A stretch of DNA of 62,103 bases, filler included, from Rhabdomonas costata (lineage: Eukaryota): the NCBI GenBank assembly GCA_019059605.1. It is 26 parts of 26 records of this genome, joined end to end, with 100 filler letters (N's around TTAATTAATTAA, not from the genome) between each part and the next. Parts side by side here need not be neighbours in the genome. Positions count along the whole stretch, not along the records: positions 11,962 to 14,254 come from JAHMHO010004232.1; positions 14,355 to 16,646 come from JAHMHO010004233.1; positions 16,747 to 19,033 come from JAHMHO010004234.1; positions 19,134 to 21,426 come from JAHMHO010004235.1; positions 21,527 to 23,836 come from JAHMHO010004236.1; positions 23,937 to 26,227 come from JAHMHO010004237.1; 20 more parts are not named here. The stretch is one strand, 5' to 3'. The notes below the pieces were generated by a model. The model ran no database searches, was not told the origin of the DNA, and was given only the letters and a program-made list of their open reading frames with translations. The translations under genes and the position numbers were made by a program. Of this stretch, positions 12,115-25,748 are shown piece after piece (within the stretch, counting starts at the first letter, position 1; the number at the start of each line of letters is the position of its first letter).

Positions 12115-13661
12115 CAGAACTCTGCGGTTGGCCTCCTCGTGGCGGGAGGAGCCTGCGTTGAGGCGGGTGAGGTCGTCCTGGCCCACACTGACGACCTGGT
12201 ACCCCGCGAGGCCTCGCAGGGCGCTGTAGAATGTGGGCTGCCCCATGGGGTAGTTGTGCGCGTTGTCCGGCACCCCGGCATGGTCGTACTCCCTACCCCG
12301 AGATACGGACAGAGCTCTCGTGGCACGATGCTATTCAAACCACGATATCAAATTTGCGATAAGATTGCATTTCACGGGAGGCCCTTTCTGACTATTTTGC
12401 GGCCCTAGCTGTTTGTAGAAGCGGGGGGAATCACGTTTGTGCGAGCATGAATTCTCGCATTGCTCAAAACAACGCAAAACACTTCAGCAAGGGAAACCCG
12501 CCAATGCAACCAAGATGTCACAAAAGCAGTTTGACATCTCTGCAGGGGAGGTGCAGCGCTTCGGTCAATCCTGCTCAGTAGAAACCCATCAGCTTTTGGC
12601 ACTCGAACACCACACTATCCATCAAGCCAGAGGAATTATGGCAACAATGAGGGAGGAGCGGCGTAGAGGGAAGGGAACGAGCAACCCGCGCACCTTCCGG
12701 AGACCAGTGAGGCCCGCGAAGGGGCGCACTGAGGGGAGGGGCAGAACGCGCGCAGGAACCTCACCCCGCGCTCCGCCAGACTCCTCAGCGCTGGGGCCAC
12801 CACAGGGACCCCCTCGTGCATCCCATCGAAGTCAAACCTTTTTCACGCACCGGCACGGCTCATCACAGCACACGCCGCACAACACAGTTCACCGGTGCGG
12901 CCTCGCTTACAAGAGGTGTGGTGACTCAATTTCTTCTGCTGGATTGACCTCGAACTGCTCTCTTATGGCAGCCCAATCGGTCCTCACTGCAAAGTGGCGC
13001 GGCAGACATTCACTGGCCGCAAACCTTTCGAGGACCGCATTGGCTGTCAGAAGAGATGTCCGTTCCGCTAATTTCCAAAAGGGCCCACTAAAATGGACAT
13101 CATCGAGAACAACCTCAACGAGTCGGGCATCACTAGCAGAATGTTGGGGGGCCGGCTTCCCCGAGGTCCGGCCTGACCAGGTGCAGGAGGTCTGCCCAGG
13201 GCAGGGGGGGATGGGGTTGTGGTGGCGGGCAGGCGAGTACGGCCCACGGAAGCACTCCGAGGCACCCTGGGACCTGGGGCACGAGAATGGGCTTGCAGAG
13301 TTTGCTCTAGAGATGCCACGGGAATAAAATCCCACGAACCAGCGAACCGTTCAGTAGATCCAAAGTACAAATGCAATGACGAAGCACTGCACTAAAACTG
13401 CTCACGTTCACGCTGCAAAGCAGGGGACGCTGCAAAATAAAAAACAGCGGTGAAACCAATTCTTGAAGGTAACAAGGAATCATGATTTGCTTAATGTTAG
13501 AGGGGGGAGGCGTTTACAATTGGACGAGAACACAAACCGGAGGGAGCGCCTGTGGAGTCTGGCGAAAAAGGTACCGTCGAGAGCAACGCCATCAACACTG
13601 TCAGTCCGGAGACCGCAGCCAGGGCAAGCGCGAAACTTACTCGTGGCAGAGCAGCGGGCAT
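12115..13661 (-). CDS. Formylglycine-dependent sulfatase with N-terminal membrane anchor (exons about 13661-13574, ..-13114, 12837-12694, 12292-12115; 3' incomplete)
   Basis: Phase-compatible GT-AG splicing gives PNILLVMPDSLR|FDFDG...APALRSLAERGVRFLRAFCPSPQCAPSRASLVSGR|EYDHAGVPDN...TFYSALRGLAGY, which includes the C-x-P-x-R signature. The first exon is less certain. Confidence 0.9.
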
Positions 13662-15000
13662 GACCACAAAAGGAACACACACAATAAAAAGAAAGAATCG
13701 AAAATCTGAAATCGAAATGAAGTAAACCCCACCAGCCAAGGGCACCAATCTAAAACAAGACACTGCGGTATTGATGTGCAAACGAGCATTCATGCGCGCT
13801 GGTTCCCTCAAAATACTGGGTGTCCCGGCTATTAATAATCCCATCAATAATGAAAACATGTTTTTCTAAAATCGCCATCACCTTGTTCATCAGCCCACTT
13901 GCATTGAGAGAGATGCTTGTACCTCCAAAGAGACCAACCTCATCGGAAGAAACACCACAGAAAACAAGAAGAAAAGGTAGTGCAAAAAAACAATGTTCTT
14001 GCGATGTTATTCACAGAGGCTGCACCCTGATTATCAAAGAACAGAAATGGGTACACTTTCTGAAACCAAGCAGTTGGAAAAAACCGAAAGTCCTCTCTTT
14101 TGTTCGAGCTACCGCAAAGGCGACGCTTTGGTAGAATCACCCGCTTAACAGAATTTGAATGAGTCACAAAACAACAGCGAGCAGCCAATCGGAGGATCCA
14201 GCATACCTTGCGGCTCAGGAAAAAACAAGTTCACAATTACACCAACCCCAAAAANNNNNNNNNNNNNNNNNNNNNNNNNNNNNNNNNNNNNNNNNNNNTT
14301 AATTAATTAANNNNNNNNNNNNNNNNNNNNNNNNNNNNNNNNNNNNNNNNNNNNACTACACACGGGAACCCCTTTGCGGCATTGGGGCACAGTCTTCTGC
14401 ATTTGAAACTGCGGCTGCTGCGCATTGCCATTCAGCTTCGCGGAGATGAGCTGTGGTCCGAAGGCTCATACGCACGGACCAATGGTTGTTGGTTGGTGCA
14501 TCTCATGTTCGCGCTGAAGTTCCACAACTATGACAGCGCCACGACCCGTACTGTTGGGCTAGTCACTCCGGGAGGTCAAAAATTACATCGAAAGTCGCAG
14601 GAATACTCTCATGCGTTCAATTGAAATCCCTTCCAGTCCCTCCTCTAATCCATCTCAATAATGAAGTGCGCCCACGGACTTCAATACCATACTTCATATC
14701 ATCTCTGCCAACCCCCCGGAAAATGGTGCAAACTAACTGCGTCTTATGGCGTCTTTACGGCGAAAAGCTAGAGTAAATCAAAAACACTTGAGAGCAATCG
14801 TCCTTTCTGCTTGTGGGGATGATGGAGGCCCAAACAGGCAACGACCTTTGGAGGGGTGGTGGCGGCGGTTGTTCATGTGCCACAGCAGGACACCGCCTGT
14901 GAGTGGAAAACAGCGACTGACTGACGCTGGAACGAGGAACCAATTCTCAACACGTGGATGCCAGACTTCACAGAAAGGCAAAAGGAAATCTCTTGTTAGG

Positions 15001-15025
15001 CCAACCAACCAACCAACCAACCAAC
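15001..15025 (+). repeat. (CCAA)n microsatellite
   Basis: Six tandem CCAA units are visible. Confidence 0.85.
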
Positions 15026-15270
15026 CGTCATCATTAAGCAGCGAAAGTCTCTGAATGGTAGAGGAGTTCAATTTCGAGAATAGTGTGCGTAGTATGAAGT
15101 AAGAGAGGGCGTTCACGCAACGAACGCGAGCCTGTGAACGTATGTGTGCGAGCGTGTGGATGAGCTCCTTGAAGGACATTCACATGGACGCAAAAACATT
15201 GCGGACAAACCGACAAAGCATTTCCGGAGGGGTTTCACTCTGGAAAGAAGGGACAACAGTGTGTTTGTAC

Positions 15271-16646
15271 CCTGCAGGAAGTCCATGACCAGGCAGAGCT
15301 TCTTGTCGGTGTAGAAGGCGTAGTGCAGCTTCACCACAAACGGGTGCTCCATCTTCTGCAGGATGTTGCGCTCCGCGGTTAGCTCCATGTCGCGGTACTT
15401 CGAGAGATGCACCAGGGACTCCTTGCGCAACACCTGTGAGGTAAACGAGGAGCGGGAAGAAATGAGAGAGGGGAACGTAGAAAAATCCCCCCCCCCCAAA
15501 GAGTTGTATATTTTTTTTGGTGGCGGTGGCGGTGGCGGTGGGGGTGTTAAACGTTCAACGTTCAGACCTGCTGAAGGCTTTTTGGCTTTTTCGGATTTGA
15601 GGAATAATCGTTGCTAAGCTTTGGCAGACAAATGGGACTATTTCAAGTCCGCGGCGCGGCCGGGTAAGGAAATTCCATGGGGTGGATGAGGCTCCTTTCA
15701 GCACTTAGCAGTACCAAACGACCGAATTGGTCATTTTTTTGGTCATGTTATTCTTCAGGGCATAGGTATTATACAAACTGTGTCAAGTGCCTGTAAATGC
15801 ATTTATCTAATCAAATGGAGTTAGATTTTTCTGCCCCGAGCCAGATATGATTTACGCGTCAGTATATTTATGATGACAGTTTGCTTTAGCAGTGGTGGGA
15901 AACCTCTAACCCCCCCCCCAAAAAAAAACAACTACAAGAGGCCCAAACAAAATCAAGAAACCATGAAACCATGAAGCTTCCGAGGGAGAAGCGTTTGCGT
16001 GTGCTGTGTGCGTGTGCTGGGCGTATAACGCGCTGACAGTTGCCTGACTGACTGCTGGTGACCGTTGCGTCTCTATGTGTGAGTGATTCCAAACACTCGC
16101 AAAAAAGTTCCTGCAAGCAAAATCGAGGCAGGTATTTGAGCTCTATTTAAAACAGTCATGATCGCTGCAGAAGGAGGAAGTGGGTGTGTGGGGGAAAGGG
16201 ACCTTCATCGCGAAGACCTCCCCGGTATCCTTCTGGCGGACCTTGAGGACCTTCCCGTACGAACCGCGGCCCAGGACCTGCGCATGCCCATTCCCACACC
16301 TTCCACCACAAACGCACCAATGCATTGAGAATACATTTTTCGGCTCAAATGATTCATCGCGAGAAAATCACCACAATGGAAGGGATCACACCGCAATGAT
16401 TTTCTGAAGCGGAAAAAGAAGGGAATGAAGATAAAACGAATGGAAAGAAGAGGCGAAATCCACTCAGGAGGAAAAACAACCCACCTTGATGATGTCAAAG
16501 TCCTCGAAGCCGACCTGGGGCACCTCCTCGCCCGTGAAGATCAGCTCCTTGGCCGGGGCACTGGTGGACTCGCGGATCCTCTTCTGGATCTTCACCCACC
16601 ACGCGTCCTTCTCGATGTCCCCGCACGCGATGAACGTGAACGTGTC
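15271..16646 (-). CDS. PH-domain AGC Ser/Thr kinase (Akt/SGK-like), exons 16646-16485, 16277-16203, 15433-15271
   Basis: PH C-terminal helix (EKDAWWVKIQ), then EDFDIIK|VLGRGSYGKVLKV...FAMK|VLRK...AERNILQKMEHPFVVKLHYAFYTDKKLCLVMDFLQG. All junctions are GT-AG. Confidence 0.93.
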
Positions 16647-19600
16647 NNNNNNNNNNNNNNNNNNNNNNNNNNNNNNNNNNNNNNNNNNNNTTAATTAATT
16701 AANNNNNNNNNNNNNNNNNNNNNNNNNNNNNNNNNNNNNNNNNNNNGTGTTGGGTGTGTGTGGGGTTTTGTTGGTCGCATGTTACTTCGTCACATGCTAA
16801 ATGTGGTAGTTCGAGTCACTCCACACCATAATGTGGTACGTGACTTTCACTTTATCTCACTCCACTACGCACGCACCCACTATTCCTGTTTTTCAGATCT
16901 TATCTGCGGCCCCAACCAAACCCGGGACCCAGATTTTTGTGAACCCGACCCCCCTCGGAAAACAAGCCCTGCAGACTGCACCCCACCAAAAAAGATGCCA
17001 TCATATTATTTTTGGGTTTGACCCCTCATTTTCCCTTCGTTCACCGTTTTGGGTTGGTTTAGTCCGGTTCATTCATCGAGCGCAGGGTGAGCACCCCAGG
17101 AAATACATCATCAAAAGACTGGATTTGAGACCGAGTGTTCTGCCCATCATCCATCCTTCCACTCGCGCCCCCATGCGTTGATAAGGGCTCGCGCGTTTTG
17201 GGGGAGAGTGAGGCGGCTGACCGCCCTGGTCCACCCAGAGGGACACAGGACCTGTTGCAGAGGAGGAGGGGGGGAAGAGCGAGATGTGAGACACAATGTG
17301 CCCCCACGCGCAAACGCGATCCACCGAACAGAATCGGAGAGATAGAGGAACCTAGAGAAGGAAGAATTCACTAGTTAGACGAATCCTTGAAAGATCGTAC
17401 AGTGTGGATTGAGCGTGCCGTAAGCGAGAGCCGAGGATTGGGTGGAAATTACTTTGCCTGAATTGTTACCTCCCTTTTGCTTACAAGCGTTGGACCAAAT
17501 GTAGGTATTGTGTTGTTCTTTGCTCCGTTCTGCCGAGAATCCTAACATAAGGCTGAACCAAGCAAGAGGAAGTGCCAGGCAGAGCCATAGAAACCAGAAC
17601 GACAGCCGGCAACCGATCGGTCGATGTATCGATCCGGCGCATTGAAATGTCAGTAATCATTCCAGGTAAAGACCATCGGGTTCGGCACAACCGGCTCCCA
17701 GTCATACATGCCGTGGCATTGGACAATAAAATGCGCACATGAAAAACTACGGGCGCATTGCGGACAAAGTGCGGCGCCGCACCGAAACCGGTTGGACGCC
17801 GCCCGTGCGTAAAGGGAACCCCATCCAACTTCAACTTCATCCTCTCCTTTAGATGCAACGACACAGCAGTGGAGAATAAGTCGTGCGGAGAACTTCATCG
17901 CGCACAAGACAAGATGAGATAATCGAAAATAGTAGAGAGTGAGAGATCCACACGATGCAGAGGACGTTGCCAGAAGTTTGGTCTCATAGAGGTAATACGA
18001 TGCTGAGGCGTGGTGGGAAGAATAGTTGAAAGAACTTTTCATGCATCAGAGGCGAGTTCTCGAGGTTGTTCTCGAGAAATGTTCTTATGGAGGGCAGATG
18101 TTGGAGAATTGGACTCAGAGTGGAATTCGGAATGGGATGACAGTAAAGTGTTGAAGGTGCTGGGATGACTTCAGGAGATTGATATGTCAGTTGACATTGA
18201 AAATGAGGGCCGAAAAGGTTGCTTGACGACTAGTAGGCCGACGTCAACGGGGGCAACGAGAACCCATATGCGATAAGGCCTTTTCAGACTCAAAGGGGGA
18301 TGTGGGCACACAGATGGCCGGAACCACACCGGTTTGCGACATAGTTCTCAACGGTGAATGTGGTCGGATAACTTGACCTTTTTATGGTCTGTGTTCAGCA
18401 ACGGGAGTTTGTTGCCTTCGGTCCTATAGGGTGCCTCTTTTAGAACTTTCGGAAGTTTTTTTTTTGGAATTTCAAGCCCTAGGGAATGCCACCGCCCAAC
18501 GACCCCAACAACCGGGCTTTCAGCGCCGAAGACCGTAAACCGACCGCGACGCGAGCCCAGCCAATGCCAAACCCAACCGCCGACATCGCATCGGCATCGC
18601 CCGGCACGACCGAAGCCCACCAGGCCCCCATTTTTTCTATGCGCAAGGCACTTGCACAGGTTTTCTTTCGGATTTTTCAAGCTAGAGCACCAGAAATTGT
18701 CTAACAAAGCCGACCCCGAACGTCGGCCCCATTTTCTGTCATGGCCACCGTCGACATGGAAGCGGATCCCGACATATCGGACTACCTGGCCCACGACCAA
18801 CACCACGAAATGTCATTCAAGAAGGTTCAGCACAATCTCCCCGAGATGAACCCTCCAACTGCTGACGGCCGATTCCAAGAAGACGAAACAGGCAACCAGG
18901 GCGCCGACATCACACAGACCGACCCTTCATCGACCGATCGGCGCCTTCCCCCAAGGACTTGGTCAACATCGACCCTCTTCTTACCGACGTCCTTCGCGAG
19001 AACCTGTCTGTACGTCATCATCCCACACCCACANNNNNNNNNNNNNNNNNNNNNNNNNNNNNNNNNNNNNNNNNNNNTTAATTAATTAANNNNNNNNNNN
19101 NNNNNNNNNNNNNNNNNNNNNNNNNNNNNNNNNGTGTGGGGGGACAACGTCAATCGACTGGGCAAAATGCACGGCGGAAATCGTGCGTTGACCAATCCTA
19201 TTCTCCTTGCGTTCGTTTGCAGGACATATTGACGGCTGCTGCTTCTCGTCTCTACTCAAAGTTGTTACATGCGCAGGTCCTTTGGATTTTTGTTTCCTTC
19301 AGAATTCTGTTCACCATCATGTTTACATTTTGTTGTTCGATCACTCTGTGTTTGCAGGCTGATAAAGACGTCACCTTCCGTTTTTTCCCTCTTCGGTGGC
19401 AGCAGCAGAAGGGCATTTTTGAATCTGGAGTACACTTCAACTTTCATGGCAATCCAAAACTTGCGCTGGCTCGCAATCTCATCAAAATTCCGGACGATAA
19501 CATGTTTGTAACGAGTTTTGTTGGTACGAGTCATTTCTTCCACGTTTCACTCTTTGATCTCTTGAATGTATGCCGAATCGCCGCTTTTTTTTCTGGTTTT

Positions 19601-19833
19601 GGCGCTGAGCGTATTGTCCACCTCTTTCAGTTATGTTTCTCCTTGAAGCCCACAACTTGGGCGTGATTAAGTTGGACAAAAATGTGGTGTGCCTAGTTTG
19701 TTTGTGTGTTGCTTTGCTATTTCCAAGCCATAAAATGACGGTTGTAAGAAAAATAAAGGGAAGGAAAGGTATCCCAATGAAGCACACAGCACTTAGCGTT
19801 TTTCGGCAGGATATGATGTTGATTGCCTTGTGT

Positions 19834-20472
19834 GGCTTCTTCGTTGCGTTTTAGTTGTGTTTCTTCCGGATGCCGTTCATGGTGGTGATGGTGATGCTCA
19901 TGGACCCACCCCTTACCGCCACTTACCGCCACAACCCTGTCGTGCAGCACGGGGGAGGGTAGAACAGATCCACACCTATGTCAGAGCAGGCGCGAACACA
20001 TGGGGCTTGACGCCCGGCAGGAGCGAACAGCACGGGCACGCACATCATGAGCACGATGACCCACCCCATGGTTGAGGATGGCATCATGGATGGGTGCTGG
20101 CTGACGGCCTGAAGGCCCCCGGGAATGGTTGGTGGGGGGCTGCCGGAGGGCTTCTTTGCGTTTTCGTTGTGTTTCTTCCGGATGCCGTTCATGGTGGTGG
20201 TGATGCTCATGGAACCACCCCTCACCGCCACAACCCTATCGTGCAGCACGGGGGAGGGCGGGTAGAGCAGATCCACACCTATGTCAGAACAGGCGCGAAC
20301 ACATGGGGGCTTGAGGCCCCGGAGGAGCACGACGACCAGCACCGGCACGAGCACGAGCACGATGACCCGCCCCATGGTTGTGGATGGCGTCATGGATGGG
20401 TGCCGTTTAGTGGTGGTGATGTTGTTCTTGCTCTTCACCCCAGAGGGCTTCTTCTTCTTCTTTGCGTTTTCC
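19834..20472. repeat. Diverged tandem duplication, unit about 300-315 bp (two copies plus the start of a third)
   Basis: ttgtgtttcttccggatgccgttcatggtggtg, cagatccacacctatgtcaga and gagcacgatgaccc each occur twice. The unit start ggcttctt..tgcgtttt recurs at 19834, 20148 and 20445. Confidence 0.9.
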
Positions 20473-20576
20473 TTTTAATTCTTCCTGCTATTCTCTGGTC
20501 GATCCCTCACAATCCAGTTGAAATTTTCAATTTGCTCGTATTTTGTTTTTTGTCTTCTTTCTGCCGCGGGTTTTAG

Positions 20577-21160
20577 GTGACTCGAGCCGCGGAAGCTGTG
20601 GTGGCTCACCACTCGCACAACGTCAATAAAAACATTCCTGTGTTCGCCTTTTGGAACGAGCTGTATCACAACGGCTCTTGGGTGACGCACCCTACTAACC
20701 TGATTGAAGCCCTTCAGCATGCAACTTCTGATGGAGAACTGCTAGGTGCAACAGCCTCACACACTCTTTTTCATTTCCCTCATGGCAGCGTGGTGTTGAT
20801 AGTTGCCCGCAACTGAGCGTTTGAAATTGAAGCATTGCAAGTTTGAAAAAGCGTAGCGGTGTTTACTAGTGTTTTTTCTTGAGCCTCTTTTCATGAATAA
20901 ATAGCTCTGCTCTCCGGACATTTGCAAGCCGCGTTCTGTTTATTTCGTGGACTGCCGCGCTGCTACTTTAATTCAACAGGAATGGTGCTCAAGGCTTTAG
21001 GACAGGGACAACTGTGGGAAAAAGTTAAGGCGTGGCTACAGTATGCCACCACTTTGGTCAAACCAATGGAAATCCCTCCCGACTCAGACGACACCGCTGT
21101 GAGTCTTGCTCTCTGGGCGACCCTGAGGCCGCTCCGGGCAGAGTTCCCTGGTGCAGTCAC
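20577..21160 (+). CDS. Two exons of an uncharacterised protein with an IPPDSDDTA (DxDD) motif (3' boundary approximate)
   Basis: AG-bounded exons VTRAAEAVV...VFAFWNELYHNGSWVTHPTNL... and GMVLKALG...MEIPPDSDDTAVSLALWATL, joined by a phase-1 GT-AG intron. Confidence 0.55.
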
Positions 21161-23090
21161 CAGGCTTGAGTGGAACGGGGTGCCCAGCTTTCGAGCTCTA
21201 TTTGGTGTGCAAACAAACAGGATGGGGAGCAAGAATCGGCGATATGACTCTCAGCTAATTGTGAATTCGCCCAAACTCCACTTCCTTTTCCTCTGCTGGT
21301 TTGCAGGCTTGCTCTAGAACGCAAACATTGAACTTCACAACCCCCTCCTATTATCGTCCAAATGTGGCATAGGTTGTCCTTTTCCGAAGGCGAAGTCCGT
21401 GGGCCAAATTAGCCGCCACAAACAAANNNNNNNNNNNNNNNNNNNNNNNNNNNNNNNNNNNNNNNNNNNNTTAATTAATTAANNNNNNNNNNNNNNNNNN
21501 NNNNNNNNNNNNNNNNNNNNNNNNNNGGGTTTTGCCTCTTCCCAGAACGCATGCCACCTTTCCTGTTATGCTTCTCAAGTTCAAAGGCTGGACTTCTCAC
21601 TACTCTCTTCTCTAGGCCTTTTTTTTTACCTGCTCCTGAGACAATACATGACAAATTTATCCGCCGAGAAACGCTACGTTCTTTTACCTTGCCAGGAACC
21701 TGTTCGCTTCTGGGGCCGCCGGCCCGCTGACGGTGGCCTGTTCGTGATCTCTGAGAGTCCTTGGTTAGAGATCCGACCCCTGCTGAACCGCGAAAGTTCG
21801 CGCATGTTCCTGGCACTTGCCGCGAGGGTGTCTCTCTCACTTTTTCTGTTTCTTTGTTACGTGGGGTGGGGTGGAAGAACATCTGGGAACAACTTGGGAC
21901 ATTTTGTGCTTTTTGAAACCTGTGAAGATTTCGCATGGAAGTATCGAACTTCATCTCGATTGTTGGCTCTGCATTTCTGTTCCTTCCTCCAAAACTCTAA
22001 ACTCTTTTTCTTTTGGGAGTACAAAGATCGACTTTTTTAGCCTGCGACAAAAACCACAACGCACACTATAACAACCAACCCCACTTGGTAGGGATGCCCA
22101 TCGGGTGCCGGTGTCTGTTTTGTGTATTGCCAAAACATGTCCAAAACCAACAGGAAATCACACCAGGTTTCTCAAAACATCCCCAAGGCGGAATGCCTTT
22201 GCCGTTGGAGGCGATTAATTGGAATCCTCTACCCTCTCCGTGTTGGTCCATAGGCTGGCAAGGGCGATGAGCGAAAGCATCATCACTGGATGTCCAGCCT
22301 CAGTGAGGTCGGTGAGCTGGTGGCACAGCGCACGCCTGCGGTCATTGAGCAGCTCAAGGGCTTCGAGGGCACCGTGACTTTTCAGGCCAATTTGTATGTT
22401 TGATGCGGTGCGGTTGGTGCGTATTTGCTCTTTGAGATTACGCCGCCCGGGATTACGCGTGTACTCTCCGACAAAGACCAGTGACGCAAAGTGCGTCACA
22501 TTACAGTTTAGGAAGCTGATGTGGTTCGCTTCAAGTCACCCAAGGACCAAACTTTTCTTGGTATGCTAAACACAACAACACTCTATGCGCTTGTTCGTCA
22601 CAGCAGTACGTGAAGCGTTTGGGAAGCAGCACCAAAAAGCAAACTATTTACAAGAAGGAACGCGAGAGAGGTCAGCGAAATAGAGCGGCAAGCCAGTGCT
22701 AACAATGCAACAAACATAGGGCACTATACGGTCATTTCTTGGAAAAACACACACCATGCAAAGCATTTGCACCCAGACGACACAACAGGTGAAATGGGGG
22801 GGTTGGTTTGTTCCGTTTGTATCGCAAGTATTGCGCTGATGGAAAAAAGAGAGAAGAGACGTGAACTTAACCTGAACTGAGAGTAAGGAGAAAAAACATT
22901 CTTGTTCACAGTAAGTGTTCACAAACAAAATGAAGGGGAATGCTTCCCTCTTTGAAAGTATGAGGTGCCACGTTGATGTCAATTTGTAAAAGAAAAGAAT
23001 TCCAAAAGCGCACTAATATCGAGCAATATGGTGGGTGCCGGGGTCGTTTGCTTACGACATTAGGTAATCTTCTTTTGGCAGGGGCACGCT

Positions 23091-23262
23091 GGCCCTGCGG
23101 CGGGACCGGGAGATGACGCTCGAGGTGGGCTCCCGGCTCACGGTGAAGGAGCTCCTGGACATCCCCAACCTCCGCACGCAGTTTGACGACGGGGTCGCAG
23201 AGGAGATTCTGGAGCAGCTTGAGGGCCTCCACGAGGGAGCTGCCTCTGGGAGGGTCTTGCCA

Positions 23263-23307
<45 letters not shown>

Positions 23308-23693
23308 GGGACACAGGGCGCCTTGGCGCGGTGTGCTGTGGCGTGTCCTTGTGCTGCTTGTTCTGCACACCTGTTGGTTTTTTGGTGCATTCACGGTGCT
23401 GCTGTTCGTGCTGGACAAAATGACGGGCATTGGAGTGAGGGTGTGCGCCGTGCCCATCCACCACACACACACACACACACACACACACGGGGAGCCGTGT
23501 GCTTTGTTGGGGGCTGGACGGCGCCCCGAGAATTGCGCGGTTGCTGTCTTCAGCGATTGCTGTCCTCCACACCGCAGTACATCTCCGTCCTATCCAGCAC
23601 GTCCATCAGCTGCGCGTTCTTCTCGACTGCCCGCCTGACCGCCTTGCTGACCGTGCGGAGGAGGAGGCCTCCGGGAGGGACAGGTCTTCTTGA
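23091..23693 (+). CDS. Hypothetical membrane protein, 3' exons separated by (CA)n-containing introns
   Basis: High-GC3 exon TLALRRDREMTLEVGSRLTVKELLDIPNLRTQFDDG... followed by a hydrophobic exon APWRGVLWRVLVLLVLHTCWFFGAFTVLLFVLDK. Confidence 0.5.
23267..23488 (+). repeat. Two intronic (CA)n microsatellites (about 23267-23305 and 23462-23488)
   Basis: Directly visible CA runs. Confidence 0.95.
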
Positions 23694-24152
23694 TCTTCCT
23701 CGACGTCACTGTCCGCTTCCCGGGCGCGCCGCGTCGCATGCTTGCTCTGCCCCTTCCAGCGCAGCTGCAGTTGGCGAGACCGCAGCCCGCTGGCGAGGTA
23801 GACCAAGCGGCGCTCCTCCTTGGAACAACCCCACAANNNNNNNNNNNNNNNNNNNNNNNNNNNNNNNNNNNNNNNNNNNNTTAATTAATTAANNNNNNNN
23901 NNNNNNNNNNNNNNNNNNNNNNNNNNNNNNNNNNNNGTTGGTGGGGGCTTTCTGGAATGTCTCTGCCCAGCGTTCGTCACAAAACTTTAAGTTTCGGGAT
24001 ACACACATGGATAGCAAGAACGGACACGGTGCTTTTTTTTGGGGGGGGGGACTGGTCGTCCACCGCTCCTGCAATCCTTCATTTAACACTGATCCAGACA
24101 GCATCCAGAAAGCACCCACAAAACTCACAGCACACCAAGTGAAGCAGAAGGC

Positions 24153-24958
24153 CTGGGTCTCCGCGGCGCGGGCGAACCCCCCGTCAGCCACCCCCACGGC
24201 CAGACAGCACGGGGCCAGCGCTCTCACGGTCCACTGGTGAGACCCCGCGCCATAGCCCGCTCGGGCGCCTACCCCGTAGCACTGTGAGGAGTGCCAGTGC
24301 TTCGCCGCCAGCCGCGCCGACGTGTTGAAGTGCGGGGACGACAGAAAGTGCACCTGTAGGCAAGCAAGCCCCAGATAAGTTCTCCCAGTAGCCTCCTGAT
24401 CGACATCCAATATATGCGACATCCGCGCGCGGAAGCTTTGGCGAAACACTTGCAGCAAGTTTGCAAGGTTCTGGGGGAATCCTGCAAACTTCTGGAATCT
24501 CAAATTCTGGTCAAAAATGTTGAAACATTAAGATCAAAATATAGAAACAGCTCTTGGGTTCAGGAACACATTTGGGCTGGGTTGATGATGTTTGCATTTC
24601 CAATTCTTCGAAAATTGGATTGGGTCATCGCCATTTGCAGCCCAGAGGAGATCCACACCCTTCTGCCCAGTTCGTCCAAAATGTCCGTCCCTTTGGCCAA
24701 AAGGGCCAGAGATAATAAGATCCCGCATAAAGTCGCCAAATAGAAGTGTACCCCGCGTCATCAGCAAAATGAGAGAGAGTTTGTGAAGTGTGTGGGGCTG
24801 CGGAGGCCAACCTGACAAAGTCGGGTGTACAGCTCAGCATCGCACACGGCGGCAGCCCACCACCTCCGGCAGGCTTGCACGGCCCCACCAAGCTCGTGGG
24901 GCTCCAAAAGCCCCAGTATAGCCCTCAGGAGCTCCGCAGGTAGTCCAGCCGCACTCAT
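24153..24958 (-). CDS. F-box/SPRY-domain protein (exons 24958-24812 and 24353-24153; incomplete)
   Basis: F-box LPAELLRAILGLLEPHELGGAVQACRRW. The later exon GYGAGSHQWTVRAL..CCLAVGVAD fits the SPRY/B30.2 pattern G.H.W.V...+.VGVA. Confidence 0.7.
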
Positions 24959-25748
24959 TGGCGTGGAAGTGCGCTTGTACGGGTGTCAAAGAGAAAGGGG
25001 CCACCTCATCAAAGTCCGACCCTGGTAATGCCCATCGAGATCCATAGCACGGGAGGCGACGCTGCCAGCCAAAAAAAGCAGCGGATTTAAGCCGTCCTTT
25101 TGCACTCAACACCGTCAGACATGCAGCAATTCAGTTCTTTTATTTGTCTCCTTTTGAGCCCGCTCGCTATTCGTGCAGCGGTTTGAAGCAAATCAAAAAA
25201 CTTCAATTAATGAGAACAGATTAGATGAGGAAATTTAGTAATGCAGCCAACGTACGCCCCGCCAGGATTACCAGAAGCTTATGACAACCAGGTCCAGAAT
25301 GCGCGGTTCACTTGCACTCCCCTTGCGTGTAAATAAGTCGGGTGATGCTGCAGACCCTGTGATGCAGCAAAAATGTGCACCCCCCCCCGGACTTCATCTC
25401 AAACCCAGGCATCCGAATCAATCTGCTGGGCAGCGGGACCAACGACGGCTGTGCACCCCACTGGGCTGCGGCAGCGAAAGCTTTGCCGGCTGTGCGCATT
25501 TTTCGGGCTTTCGTTTTTCCCCTTTTCCTTAGCTACCGGCAGTGCTTTCAGTATTCTTCTTTTCCCCCCTGAACAGAAGCGGTCCACTATGCGCAGGCGT
25601 ACCGTAACATACTCAAGATATCTGATTTCAGACAGTGTCAGTGTGCCTCCTCAAAATGAAGTTAAGGCCATCAGGAAAAGGGGCAACCTGTCAACCGACT
25701 TCCCGTAACGTTTCCCTTGCGTCAGCGTAGACATCACAACCCATCCGT

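Noticed and set aside
17600-18050. Possible LINE apurinic endonuclease remnant (YETKL; frameshifted GDFNA-like)
   Set aside because: Needs assumed frameshifts and substitutions, so it is too weak to call.
23253-23317. Apparent GG-AG or GT-GG intron in the hypothetical membrane gene
   Set aside because: One extra G in a G-run would make it ordinary GT-AG. There is no homology to fix the frame and no terminal stem.
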